DNA of 52,243 bases from Thermoproteota archaeon (GTDB taxonomy: Archaea; Thermoproteota; Nitrososphaeria; Nitrososphaerales; Nitrososphaeraceae), in the NCBI GenBank assembly GCA_046732115.1, contig JBKPMK010000018.1, positions 1-52,243 on the forward strand, given 5' to 3'. Of the stretch, positions 27,924 through 38,214 are shown piece by piece. Each line of letters begins with the position of its first letter. Within the stretch, counting starts at the first letter, position 1. The notes beneath the pieces are model-generated. The model was not told where the DNA came from, did not search any database, and saw only the letters and a list, made by a program, of their open reading frames with translations. Both the position numbers and the translations under genes were made by a program.

Positions 27924-28439
27924 ATGAAGCCTGACGAACTTTCAACCAATATAATTTCTCTAGATGGCAGAATCAGATTTGCAGGCATAATTGATAGATC
28001 TGGACGAATCTATGCTAGCACCTTAAGGGAAGGGATAGAGGCGTATCTTAACGAAAAAAATACGCAAATGAGTTTCAATCAGACCGCTTACATTGTAGAT
28101 CTTAGGCAAATCTTCACTCCTGAGTTGGGTAGTTTGCAATACATCCTTTATAGCTATGAGAAAGTAAAGCTTTTTAGCCTTCCCATTAAAGAACATATAC
28201 TTGTCTTTTCGACTGATGATTCTGTGAATGTAGAGGATCTAGTAGGCAAAGTGTCCGGCTATCTCAAAATAGTTGAGGCAAGTGTTCTATTTTATCCGCC
28301 GCATGACATTATAAATAGCGAGAAAAAGCAGATATTGCGAAATCTTTACGAGTCTGGTGTTTCAGAGGAAATTATTGCAGAACATTTGGACCTTGATGTT
28401 GGTACCGTGAAGGTTTTAATTGAGCAGATTAACGTTTAA
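27924..28439 (+). CDS. hypothetical protein with C-terminal HTH-like segment
   Basis: 171 aa. The C-terminal KKQILRNLYESGVSEEIIAEHLDLDVGTVKVLIEQ resembles a LuxR/sigma-70 region-4-type HTH. The N-terminal approximately 110 aa has an alpha/beta pattern (roadblock-like?) that I cannot assign. Confidence 0.4.
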   Translation: MKPDELSTNIISLDGRIRFAGIIDRSGRIYASTLREGIEAYLNEKNTQMSFNQTAYIVDLRQIFTPELGSLQYILYSYEKVKLFSLPIKEHILVFSTDDSVNVEDLVGKVSGYLKIVEASVLFYPPHDIINSEKKQILRNLYESGVSEEIIAEHLDLDVGTVKVLIEQINV

Positions 28440-28543
28440 CCTTTATTCTATAACCAAAAGGACCTCCCAACCGCCTATGATTTATGTCAATTCACAAGTT
28501 ACATCGCTGGGATAAAAAAGGAGTTAGGATTCTTGTATTAGTA

Positions 28544-29095
28544 CTAGGATTTGCGTAATTTCATGCGCACCACAATCATAGCTGCCGTTGAAACGGCAAA
28601 GACCAGGGCACTAAGGGCTCCAAATTCTGGCATTATCTTTGAACCAGATATTTCTATCTGACCTATACCTTTGTCGAAATCGATAGCTAGTGTCCTGGCT
28701 TGACTATTTGTCACGATCTCTTCAGCACTTGTGACTTGACCGTCTTGGAAGACGATATATCGATCATCAAGATCTCCTTCTTTTTTAGAGTCAATGATAT
28801 TCCTTGGAAGCTCAATGGATAATCTCCCGTTTGACTGTGAGAGAACATTTACTAGAAGAGTTGTGTTGTCTGCCTCAGCCGAAATATTGTTGACTCTATT
28901 ACCTGTACCTGTAATCTGATATTTGATCGGATAATTCTTATCAGCTATCGTTAATTGATATATATTGTTGCCATCATCTAATCTTACTTCGCCAAACGCT
29001 GGCAAAGCGGGTGTAATGCTGAGAATCGATATCAGAGAACATAAGAAAAGAACTATTCTTGGCTCACAAACTTTAGCGTTCATGATTTTCATCAC
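28544..29095 (-). CDS. secreted/surface protein with PEFG-CTERM sorting signal
   Basis: N-terminal signal peptide (IVLFLCSLISILSITPALPAFG). The C-terminal tripartite signal is PEFG, then the hydrophobic helix ALSALVFAVSTAAMIVV, then the basic tail RMKLRKS. Confidence 0.7.
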   Translation of the reverse strand: MMKIMNAKVCEPRIVLFLCSLISILSITPALPAFGEVRLDDGNNIYQLTIADKNYPIKYQITGTGNRVNNISAEADNTTLLVNVLSQSNGRLSIELPRNIIDSKKEGDLDDRYIVFQDGQVTSAEEIVTNSQARTLAIDFDKGIGQIEISGSKIMPEFGALSALVFAVSTAAMIVVRMKLRKS

Positions 29096-29363
29096 GATGT
29101 AACAACTCTATATTTGCATTACTGTTTGCTTTTGGTTGTACTGAACAATTCTTTCTTCTATTGTATTTTTTGGTTTATTTAAAGACAGCATATAATGGCA
29201 GTGATTAACCTTTAAGTAATATTTATTGATATAAGCGCCTTCGGCTAAAATACTTATACTTATATATGGTCAGAATAATAAAAAATCGTTCTAACTTGAT
29301 AGAGGATTTGTTATTAGTTAAAAAGTATTCTGAATTAGAACAGATTGCAGGAGGGATTAACAA

Positions 29364-29615
29364 ATGTCTACAGAAAAGAAAATAATAAAAATAACGAACC
29401 ATGTTTATCAACCAAAACATGAAATTTTGAAAAAGCAAGAGGCAGAGCAAATTTTAAAGAAATACAATACGAAGCCCAGCCAGCTACCATACATAATGAT
29501 GACTGACAAAGGCCTCCAAGATTTAGATGTAAGACCCGGAGATGTAGTTAAGATTACGAGGAAGAGCCCAACTGCGGGTGAAAGTGTATATTACCGATAC
29601 GTCGTAGAGGGATAG
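29364..29615 (+). CDS. rpoH: DNA-directed RNA polymerase subunit H (Rpo5)
   Basis: HVYQPKHEILKKQEAEQILKKYNTKPSQLPYIMMTDKGLQDLDVRPGDVVKITRKSPTAGESVYYRYVV is the canonical RpoH sequence pattern. It sits immediately upstream of rpoB. Confidence 0.93.
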   Translation: MSTEKKIIKITNHVYQPKHEILKKQEAEQILKKYNTKPSQLPYIMMTDKGLQDLDVRPGDVVKITRKSPTAGESVYYRYVVEG

Positions 29616-29623
29616 GTATTCTT

Positions 29624-32600
29624 ATGACATCTACTTTTTTAGAAATGTGGCCAATAATTAATGATATTTTGAGAAGAGAGGGTGTTGCGCGACAGCATCT
29701 GAATTCATATAACGAGTTTATGGAACGCGGACTCCAAAGCATTATTGATGAAGTTGGAGAGGTCGAAGTGGAGACTGCTGAATACCCATACAAAATAAGG
29801 TTAGGTAAGATAAAGCTACAACAACCAAGGATTATGGAATTGGATGGTTCTATAACACACGTAGCACCTATGGAAGCTAGACTTAGAAATCTTACGTATG
29901 CATCGCCTATAATGCTTGAATGTAGCATTATAGAGGATGGTAAGATACTCGAATCCCGGTTTATACATGTAGGCGATATGCCTGTTATGGTCAAATCAAA
30001 TGCATGTATTTTGCATAATTTGCCTGAAACTAGACTTATCGAAGTAGGAGAAGATCCACGCGACCCAGGGGGCTATTTTGTAATTAATGGCTCTGAGAGA
30101 GTAATAGTTGGCCTGGAAGACCTTTCGTATAATAAAATTATTGTCGATACGGAGGAGGCCACAGGAAGCTTGGTCTACAAAGCCAAAGTATATTCCTCTA
30201 TAGTAGGCTATAGGGCCAAGCTTGAGCTCATAATGCGGTCTGATGGTTCCGTGGCAGCAAAAATTCCTGGCTCTCCAGTGGACATCCCTTTGGTAACTCT
30301 AGTCAGAGCCTTAGGCTTAGAATCTGATAAGGACATTGCTAATGCCGTATCACTAAATGGCGCGATACAAGATGAACTAGAGCCATCGTTCGAAAAAGCA
30401 GGTGAGATAATTACAAGTAGAGATGCGATCATATATATCAGTAAAAGGATCGCTCCAGGAATGTTGGAGGAATTCCAGATAAAGCGGGCTGAAACTTTGC
30501 TTGATTGGGGACTGTTGCCACACCTTGGTAAAAATCCCGACAATAGGCACGAAAAGGCGCTTTTCCTTGGGGAAGCATCCAGCAAATTGATTGAATTAAA
30601 ATTACAGTGGATTGAGCCGGATGACAAAGACCACTACGGCAACAAGGTTATCAAGTTCGGCGGACAGATGCTAGCTGACCTTTTTAGAACGGCATTTAGG
30701 AACTTAATAAGGGATATGAAATATCAGCTGGAAAGATCTGGACAGAAGCGGGGTATTAATGCAGTAGCTGCAGCGGTTAGACCCGGTATTATTTCAGATA
30801 AGCTAAACAACGCTATTGCGACGGGCAATTGGGGTCGAGGTAGGGTAGGTGTGACGCAACTGCTGGATAGAACAAATTATATGTCAACTATAAGTCATTT
30901 ACGTAGAATACAGTCTCCGCTAAGCAGAAGTCAGCCAAATTTCGAAGCAAGAGATTTACATGCTACACATTTTGGCAGGATTTGTCCGGCAGAAACTCCT
31001 GAAGGATCAAATTGTGGCCTTGTGAAAAATTTGGCGCTCTCAGCCATAATTTCAGTTAGTGTCGCATCTGCCGAAATTGTGGAGAAGCTGTATGAACAAG
31101 GGGTCGAGCAAGTTGATGAGGCTAATGATAGGATACGAAGTATTGGAACTAGGACTTTCGTGGATGGGCGATTAATAGGCTATGCTGAAGACGGACAGCA
31201 TCTATCTGATACATTGAGGGCGATGAGAAGAACCGGAAAAATTCATCCTCACATTGGGATTTATCTATATTCGTCATTGAATGATAATGCCACTAAGAGG
31301 TTATACATTAGTTGTAATGCCGGTCGAGTACTAAGACCGCTTGTGGTGGTTGACCAAGGCAAAGTATTGATGAACCCCGAAATAATAGAAAAAGTCGCAA
31401 AGAAGTTCCTCTCATGGACAGACCTTCTGTATATGGGGATGGTCGAAATGGTTGACGCAAACGAAGAGGAGAATTGCTATGTAGCAATGGATCCTGCAAA
31501 AATCGATAAGTCTCATACTCACTTAGAAATATTCCCATCTGCAATTCTTGGCGTTGGAGCTTCGATTATACCATATCCTGAACATAATCAGTCACCTAGA
31601 AACACTTACGAGAGTGCTATGGCAAAGCAGAGTCTAGGATTTTCTACTCCTCTGATGAATGCTAGTACTTATGTAAGACAACACTTCATGCTTTATCCAC
31701 AGGTTCCAATGGTTAGTACTAAGGCGATTAGCCTACTAGGCCTAGACGACCGTCCGACTGGTCAGAATTGCGTTGTGGCCGTTCTGCCCTTCGAAGGTTA
31801 TAATATCGAAGATGCTGTAGTTTTTAATAAATCCTCCATTGACAGGGGTATAGGCAGAACTTTCTTCTACAGGGTCTATGAAGCTGAAGCGAAACAGTAC
31901 CCTGGTGGAATGAAAGATAATTTTGAACTTCCACCTTCTGATGCTAATATTAGGGGCTACAGGGGAGAAAAAGCCTATCGTCTTCTTGAGCAAGATGGTG
32001 CAATTATGCAAGAATCTGTGGTAGCAGGTGGTGACATACTGATCGGACGAACTTCTCCCCCCAGATTTATGGAGGAGTATAAAGAGTTCGAAGTCAAAGG
32101 ACCTTATCGCAGGGATACGTCAGTTGGCGTTCGACCATCCGAAAATGGCGTCGTGGATTCAGTAATTATGACTCAATCCGTTGAAGGAGGAAAAATGTAT
32201 AAAATTAGAGTGAGAGATATGCGAATTCCTGAAATTGGCGATAAATTTGCATCTAGGCACGGGCAAAAGGGAGTAATCGGAATGCTCGTTAGTCAGGAAG
32301 ACCTACCGTATACAGAGGATGGGATTGTTCCTGATGTGATGATAAACCCTCATGCATTTCCGTCTAGGATGACAGTAGGTCAATTCATGGAGTCTGTTGG
32401 AGGAAAGGCCGCCTCGGCGCTCGGTAGAATAGTAGACGGTTCTGCATTTCTAGGTGAGAAATTAGATGAATTGAAGGGTGCACTGGAGCAGTATGGATTG
32501 AAATATACAGGGAAAGAAATAATGTATGACGGTAGGACTGGAAAGAAATTTCCGGCTGATGTCTACATAGGCGTCGTGTATTATCAAAAGCTACATCATA

Positions 32601-32974
32601 TGGTGGCTGACAAAATCCATAGCAGAGCTAGGGGTCAAGTTCAAATGCTTACAAAGCAGCCGACTGAGGGAAGAGCTCGTGGGGGAGGACTCCGGTTTGG
32701 AGAGATGGAAAGAGATTGTCTTATTGCATATGGTGCCTCGATGATGTTGAAAGATAGATTACTAGAAGAATCCGACAAGGCGGAGGTAAACGTGTGTGAA
32801 CGCTGCGGTTTGTTGTCGTATTACGACATTAAACAACGAAGGTATATCTGCCGAGTTTGCGGGGAGAAGGCAAAAATTTCGTCTGTAGTAATTGCTTACG
32901 CCTTTAAATTGCTCTTGCAGGAAATGATGAGCCTAAACGTTGCACCACGATTGCTAGTTAGGGAGAAGGTATAA
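29624..32974 (+). CDS. rpoB: DNA-directed RNA polymerase subunit B (unsplit, 1116 aa)
   Basis: Contains GDKFASRHGQKGV, FGEMERDCLIAYGA and the C-terminal zinc motif CERCG...CRVCG. Confidence 0.98.
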   Translation: MTSTFLEMWPIINDILRREGVARQHLNSYNEFMERGLQSIIDEVGEVEVETAEYPYKIRLGKIKLQQPRIMELDGSITHVAPMEARLRNLTYASPIMLECSIIEDGKILESRFIHVGDMPVMVKSNACILHNLPETRLIEVGEDPRDPGGYFVINGSERVIVGLEDLSYNKIIVDTEEATGSLVYKAKVYSSIVGYRAKLELIMRSDGSVAAKIPGSPVDIPLVTLVRALGLESDKDIANAVSLNGAIQDELEPSFEKAGEIITSRDAIIYISKRIAPGMLEEFQIKRAETLLDWGLLPHLGKNPDNRHEKALFLGEASSKLIELKLQWIEPDDKDHYGNKVIKFGGQMLADLFRTAFRNLIRDMKYQLERSGQKRGINAVAAAVRPGIISDKLNNAIATGNWGRGRVGVTQLLDRTNYMSTISHLRRIQSPLSRSQPNFEARDLHATHFGRICPAETPEGSNCGLVKNLALSAIISVSVASAEIVEKLYEQGVEQVDEANDRIRSIGTRTFVDGRLIGYAEDGQHLSDTLRAMRRTGKIHPHIGIYLYSSLNDNATKRLYISCNAGRVLRPLVVVDQGKVLMNPEIIEKVAKKFLSWTDLLYMGMVEMVDANEEENCYVAMDPAKIDKSHTHLEIFPSAILGVGASIIPYPEHNQSPRNTYESAMAKQSLGFSTPLMNASTYVRQHFMLYPQVPMVSTKAISLLGLDDRPTGQNCVVAVLPFEGYNIEDAVVFNKSSIDRGIGRTFFYRVYEAEAKQYPGGMKDNFELPPSDANIRGYRGEKAYRLLEQDGAIMQESVVAGGDILIGRTSPPRFMEEYKEFEVKGPYRRDTSVGVRPSENGVVDSVIMTQSVEGGKMYKIRVRDMRIPEIGDKFASRHGQKGVIGMLVSQEDLPYTEDGIVPDVMINPHAFPSRMTVGQFMESVGGKAASALGRIVDGSAFLGEKLDELKGALEQYGLKYTGKEIMYDGRTGKKFPADVYIGVVYYQKLHHMVADKIHSRARGQVQMLTKQPTEGRARGGGLRFGEMERDCLIAYGASMMLKDRLLEESDKAEVNVCERCGLLSYYDIKQRRYICRVCGEKAKISSVVIAYAFKLLLQEMMSLNVAPRLLVREKV

Positions 32975-33000
32975 TAGAATATTCCGTGGAGTGAGAAAAG

Positions 33001-36000
33001 TTGGAAGAATCAATAAAAATTCTCGATGGTATAAAGTTTAGTGTATGGTCACCTGTAGAAATTCGTAAATTTAGCGTAGCAGAAATAACGGCTCCAGAGA
33101 CGTACGACGAAGATGGGATGCCCGTTCAGGGTGGTCTTATGGACAATAGGCTGGGCACGTTAGAACCTGGCCAAAAATGTTCCACTTGCGGTAATACAAG
33201 TGTAAAATGCCCTGGCCATTTTGGCCACATTGAATTGGCAGAGCCGGTGCTGCATATTGCATTTGTTGATGACATACATAAACTTCTCTTAATTACATGC
33301 AGATCATGTAATCGCATAAAATTAAAGGTAGAAGAGCTCTCGAAATATAAGGCTCTCAGAGATAGCAAAGCCGCATATGCTGTAATCACCCTCGAAAATG
33401 CTAAAGACGAAATCATAGAAAAAGCAAAGAAAGTTAAAGTATGCCCTCATTGTAAGAAGGATCAATATGACATAGTTTTTACAAAACCGACTATTTTCGT
33501 AGAAAAGACAGACGCTGGAGAAAATAGGCTTTTGCCAATTACGATCAGAGAAAGGTTAGCCCATATTCCTGATGATGATCTGATAGTCCTAGGTTACAAC
33601 CCTACCACGGCGAGACCTGAATGGTTTGTGTTACAGGTTCTTCCAGTACCTCCTGTCACGGTAAGGCCTTCTATCATATTAGAGACCGGGATAAGATCGG
33701 AAGATGATTTGACACACAAGCTTGTAGACATTATCAGGGTAAACCAAAGACTGAAAGAAAGTAAGGAAGCAGGAACCCCACCTCTAATTGTTCAAGATCT
33801 TGTCGATCTCCTTCAGTATCATGTTACGACGTACTTCGATAATGAGGTATCTGGAATACCGCAAGCACATCACAGATCAGGAAGACCACTTAAGACTTTA
33901 ACCCAGAGATTAAAAGGGAAGGAAGGCCGATTTAGAGGTTCTCTGTCAGGTAAACGAGTCGACTTTTCTAGTAGGACTGTAATTTCTCCAGACCCTAACC
34001 TAATGATTTCAAACGTTGGCGTACCAGTGGATGTTGCAAAAAAGCTCACCATTCCGGAGACTATTTCGCAGTGGAATCTCGATAGACTCAAGAAATTGGT
34101 TATCAATGGACCGAACATATATCCTGGCGCAAATTACATAATCCGGCCTGATGGGGTAAAAATTAGATTGGATTATGTTACCGATAGAAAGATTGTAGCA
34201 GAATCATTAGCGCCTGGATATATGGTAGAACGGCACTTGTCAGACGGAGATATAGTAATCTTCAATAGGCAACCGTCCCTTCACCGGATGTCAATTATGG
34301 CACACTATGTAAGAGTACTACCGTACCGAACATTCAGACTTCATCCCGCTGTATGTCCTCCATATAATGCAGATTTTGATGGAGATGAAATGAATCTTCA
34401 TGTTCCTCAAAGCGAAGAGGCGAGAGCGGAGGCAGCGCTTTTGATGAGAGTTCAAGACCAACTAATTTCGCCAAGATACGGCGGGCCGATTATAGGTGGC
34501 ATTAGAGATTTTATTACTGGGGCGTTCATATTAACCCGAGACGACACCACACTTACCAGAGAGGAATTTGCCAACCTGGCATTGATAGGCGGTTACAGAG
34601 GAGCACTTCCCCAACCAAAGATAGTAAAAGACGGCTCAAAATTGTACTCTGGAAAGCAGCTTTTTTCGCTATTTTTCCCTAACGATTTCAACTTTATAAT
34701 CACCTCAAAATGGAACAAAGCGGCAAAGAGGGAAGGAAAGGATGTGGTTATAAAAAATGGGGAACTGATTAGTGGGGTTATAGACAAAGCCTCAATCGGT
34801 GCAGAGGAACCTGATAGCGTTCTCCATAGGATAGCAAAAGATTATGGTACTGATACAGCAAGGAAATTCCTCGATTCTATACTAATAATGCTGAAAACAT
34901 ACATAACGCATATAGGTTTTACGTATGGATACTCTGACTTGTGGCTGAGTCAGCAAACAAACTCAGAGATTAATGATGTTATTCAAAAGGCATATGATAG
35001 GGTTCACGAGCTAATCCAGCAATACAAAGACGGAACTCTGCCTCTAACAAGAGGGCTTTCTCCTGACGAGGCACTGGAGCTTTACATAGTAAACGAATTG
35101 TCAAGAGCAAGAGACAGGGCTGGTAAAACTGCAGACAGAGCATTTCCTGATGATAATTCTGGTGTTATCATGGCATCGACAGGAGCTAGAGGTTCTACCC
35201 TTAATATTGGACAGATGACTGCTGCATTAGGCCAGCAGTCAATAAGGGGAAAGAGAATCTTTAAGGGGTATCATTATAGGTCACTTCCACATTTCAAAAC
35301 AAATGACACAAATCCCGACGCCAAGGGATTTATAAAATCAAATTACAGAGACGGCTTGAGTCCTTTAGAGTTCTTCTTTCATGCTATGGGTGGCAGAGAG
35401 GGCTTAGTGGACACCGCAGTTAGAACTCAACAATCAGGATACATGCAGAGGAGGTTGATTAACGCTCTCGAACATCTAAAGATAGAGTATGATCAAACTG
35501 TAAGAGATCCACATGGTAACATTATGCAATATGTTTATGGAGAAGATGGAATCGATCCTGCCAAAAGTGACCATGGAGAAGCTGTGAATATCTCCAGGTT
35601 AATTGAAAGCGAATCTGTTATCGACGAGGGCAGAAAGGCTACGGAAAATGATATTAAAAGTATAGTACAAAGATATGCCGATAATCTAAATCCAAGGCTA
35701 AGAAATAATTTGGAACAGGCATTGCTCGAAAACAGATTAAGCAAAGAGGGAATTGAGAAGGTAATGAAAAAAACGATTGACCTCAACGAAAGGGCTCTTG
35801 CTGAACCCGGCGAAGCCGTAGGTGTTGTAACTGCACAGTCAATTGGTGAGCCAGGGACGCAAATGACTCTTAGGACGTTTCATTTTGCAGGAGTAAAAGA
35901 ACGAAATGTCACACTTGGGCTGCCAAGGCTAATAGAATTAGTTGATGCCAGGAAGAAACCAGTAACACCAACCATGGATGTATACTTAGACAATGATTAC

Positions 36001-36792
36001 AAAGTATCTAGAGAAAAGGCACTCGAGGTTGCGAGGGAAATTATTTTGACTCGTGTAAGTGACTTGATCGATAAGACCGATATTGATTATAGCGGTATAC
36101 TTACTTTTTATTTATCAGAAGACAAGCTATCTGAGCGTGGTTGTGAAATAAAAGAAGTCTATGAGGTACTCAAGGGCTCTAAGAAGAAGTATGAAGCTTC
36201 CCTTAACGAAAAGAAGCTATTGATAAAGATAACCTCTACTGACGAACCTGATGCTCAAACACTTTTGACACTAAAAAACAAATTGCTCAGCACGAGGGTT
36301 AAAGGTGTGCCTGATATTGAAAGAGTGACCATAGTAAAGCAAGACGAGGAATGGGTAATTCAAACTGCAGGGTCGAACCTAGCCAAGATAGTAGCAATAA
36401 AGGGCGTGGATACGTCTAGAATCACAACAAATAATGTCTATGAAATTTGGCAGACACTTGGCATTGAAGCAGCTCGTACTGCTCTTGTAAAGGAGATCAC
36501 AAATACACTAGAAGAACAAGGGCTTGAAGTTGATACAAGGCATATCATGCTAGTAGCGGATCTAATGACATCAAAAGGATATTTACAACAAATCGGTCGA
36601 CATGGTATTGCTGGAACTAAGACATCGGTTTTAGCAAGAGCCGCGTTTGAGATTACGGTCCCAACTATTGCTAGGGCGTCTTTGGAGGGTCAGATCGAAA
36701 CGCTCAGGGGAGTAACGGAAAACGTTATAGTAGGAGCTACTGTTCCAGTAGGTACCGGCATGGTAGAGCTCTATATGATGGTGAAGGAATAA
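33001..36792 (+). CDS. rpoA: DNA-directed RNA polymerase subunit A, unsplit (A'+A'' in one 1263-aa ORF)
   Basis: Has the N-terminal zinc motifs (CSTCG..CPGHFGH), catalytic NADFDGDEMN, and trigger-loop/A''-type C-terminal third (GEPGTQMTLRTFHFAG) in the same frame. TTG start. Confidence 0.97.
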   Translation: MEESIKILDGIKFSVWSPVEIRKFSVAEITAPETYDEDGMPVQGGLMDNRLGTLEPGQKCSTCGNTSVKCPGHFGHIELAEPVLHIAFVDDIHKLLLITCRSCNRIKLKVEELSKYKALRDSKAAYAVITLENAKDEIIEKAKKVKVCPHCKKDQYDIVFTKPTIFVEKTDAGENRLLPITIRERLAHIPDDDLIVLGYNPTTARPEWFVLQVLPVPPVTVRPSIILETGIRSEDDLTHKLVDIIRVNQRLKESKEAGTPPLIVQDLVDLLQYHVTTYFDNEVSGIPQAHHRSGRPLKTLTQRLKGKEGRFRGSLSGKRVDFSSRTVISPDPNLMISNVGVPVDVAKKLTIPETISQWNLDRLKKLVINGPNIYPGANYIIRPDGVKIRLDYVTDRKIVAESLAPGYMVERHLSDGDIVIFNRQPSLHRMSIMAHYVRVLPYRTFRLHPAVCPPYNADFDGDEMNLHVPQSEEARAEAALLMRVQDQLISPRYGGPIIGGIRDFITGAFILTRDDTTLTREEFANLALIGGYRGALPQPKIVKDGSKLYSGKQLFSLFFPNDFNFIITSKWNKAAKREGKDVVIKNGELISGVIDKASIGAEEPDSVLHRIAKDYGTDTARKFLDSILIMLKTYITHIGFTYGYSDLWLSQQTNSEINDVIQKAYDRVHELIQQYKDGTLPLTRGLSPDEALELYIVNELSRARDRAGKTADRAFPDDNSGVIMASTGARGSTLNIGQMTAALGQQSIRGKRIFKGYHYRSLPHFKTNDTNPDAKGFIKSNYRDGLSPLEFFFHAMGGREGLVDTAVRTQQSGYMQRRLINALEHLKIEYDQTVRDPHGNIMQYVYGEDGIDPAKSDHGEAVNISRLIESESVIDEGRKATENDIKSIVQRYADNLNPRLRNNLEQALLENRLSKEGIEKVMKKTIDLNERALAEPGEAVGVVTAQSIGEPGTQMTLRTFHFAGVKERNVTLGLPRLIELVDARKKPVTPTMDVYLDNDYKVSREKALEVAREIILTRVSDLIDKTDIDYSGILTFYLSEDKLSERGCEIKEVYEVLKGSKKKYEASLNEKKLLIKITSTDEPDAQTLLTLKNKLLSTRVKGVPDIERVTIVKQDEEWVIQTAGSNLAKIVAIKGVDTSRITTNNVYEIWQTLGIEAARTALVKEITNTLEEQGLEVDTRHIMLVADLMTSKGYLQQIGRHGIAGTKTSVLARAAFEITVPTIARASLEGQIETLRGVTENVIVGATVPVGTGMVELYMMVKE

Positions 36793-36795
36793 TAA

Positions 36796-37143
36796 ATGGT
36801 GAAGACATTAGATAAGGTACTTAAGGACGCTGTTGCTGCTAATAAATATAAATGTGGGACCAAGCAAGTACTGCATTCGATAAAAGGATCAAAGTTAATT
36901 ATATTATCTAATACTATTTCGCCGAACTTTAGGTCGAAGATTGAATCTGAGGCTAACCAGGAAAATGTTCCAATATATCCATTTGACGGAAATTCCTCTA
37001 GACTTGGAAAGCTCTGCAACAAGCCATTCAGGATTAACGTAATTGCCTTAAAGTCTGGAACAGATGCGCAGATTAATTCCATACTCTCAGACATCCAATT
37101 AAAGGAGACCAAGGATCATAAATACCAACGAGCTACCAAATGA
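36796..37143 (+). CDS. rpl30e: ribosomal protein eL30 (L30e)
   Basis: KYKCGTKQVLHSIKGSKLIILSNTISPNFRSKIE...NVPIYPFDGNSSRLGKLCNKPF fits L30e/L7Ae-fold eL30. It occupies the conserved position after rpoA. Confidence 0.9.
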   Translation: MVKTLDKVLKDAVAANKYKCGTKQVLHSIKGSKLIILSNTISPNFRSKIESEANQENVPIYPFDGNSSRLGKLCNKPFRINVIALKSGTDAQINSILSDIQLKETKDHKYQRATK

Positions 37144-37288
37144 GCCGAATCGTTTGCAACAAAATAATAATAATAATAATATCACATCAAGACTTAAATT
37201 ATACTTTATGAATCAGCATGACTTGTTGTTATTTGGTGCTATCAAACCATGGTTACCACTTTCGTTTTATAGGTAGGTATTGCAATAG

Positions 37289-37768
37289 ATGACAGAGAAG
37301 ATAAAGTTAACTTCTGACGAATTACGATTAATATCACTGTTCCAGAGCATTACAAGTGCCATTGCGAGAGATTGTGTGGTAGATGAAAAAATGGATAGAG
37401 TAATTTTCATTGTCAATAAAGGTCAAATGGGTTTAGCAATAGGAAAGGGAGGAGCGACTATCAAACAACTGCAAAATGTAGTCGGAAAAAAGGTCGAACT
37501 AGTCGAGTACTCTGATGATCCTTCTGAATTCATAAGGAACATACTAAATACTGACATGATAAATGAGATCAGGCTAAATGATAAGATCGATGGGACGAGA
37601 CAGGCTATTGTGATCGTAGACGCTAAAAAAAAAGGTGTCGTAGTTGGGAGGGAAGGTCGAAATGCTGAAAAGGCAAGATTGCTTGCAAAGCGATACTTCC
37701 AAATATCCAACGTTCTTATAATGAGTGAGGGTAGATCTGCTATGCATAACGATCAGGTGAATATGTAA
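37289..37768 (+). CDS. nusA: archaeal NusA-like transcription termination/antitermination factor (two KH domains)
   Basis: Contains the KH GxxG motifs GLAIGKGGATIKQLQ and GVVVGREGRNAEKARLL. It occupies the conserved position before rps12. Confidence 0.9.
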   Translation: MTEKIKLTSDELRLISLFQSITSAIARDCVVDEKMDRVIFIVNKGQMGLAIGKGGATIKQLQNVVGKKVELVEYSDDPSEFIRNILNTDMINEIRLNDKIDGTRQAIVIVDAKKKGVVVGREGRNAEKARLLAKRYFQISNVLIMSEGRSAMHNDQVNM

Positions 37769-38206
37769 GTGGCCAAATCTCCATTAGGTCTGTTTGCAGG
37801 CCGTGTGTTAAGATCAAAAAGGAAAAAAGCTAGATGGGCGAATAAGTATTTCAAACGAAGGATGCTGATGCTGGATAAAAAAGCAAACCCGCTAGAGGGG
37901 TCACCGCAAGCGAGAGGTATAGTCTTAGAAAAGGTTGGTATCGAGTCTAAGCAGCCTAACTCTGCAGTGAGAAAGTGTGTGAGAGTACAATTGATAAAGA
38001 ACGGCAAGTCTATCACAGCGTTCCTTCCGCGTGACGGAGCCTTGAATTTCGTCGATGAACATGATGAGGTCATATTAGAAGGGATAGGTGGTTCAATGGG
38101 GGGAGCCATGGGCGATATACCCGGCGTACGATGGCAGGTATTCAAAGTTAATGGTGTATCGCTTAATGAGCTGGTACGAGGAAGAAAGGAGAAACCGAGG
38201 AGGTAG
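37769..38206 (+). CDS. rps12: ribosomal protein uS12
   Basis: Contains [20 protein letters not shown] and GVRWQV. The GTG start directly abuts the nusA stop. Confidence 0.95.
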   Translation: MAKSPLGLFAGRVLRSKRKKARWANKYFKRRMLMLDKKANPLEGSPQARGIVLEKVGIESKQPNSAVRKCVRVQLIKNGKSITAFLPRDGALNFVDEHDEVILEGIGGSMGGAMGDIPGVRWQVFKVNGVSLNELVRGRKEKPRR

Positions 38207-38214
38207 ATGCAATT

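Noticed and set aside
29554-36792. Numerous 60-146-aa antisense or out-of-frame ORFs inside rpoB and rpoA (for example 29554..29994, 30208..30627, 33126..33416, 35535..35786). Similar ORFs lie inside ALDH, tfb, fbp, larC and mdh.
   Set aside because: They are shadow ORFs fully embedded in strongly supported conserved genes, with low-complexity or Ser/Leu/Ile-rich translations and no motifs.
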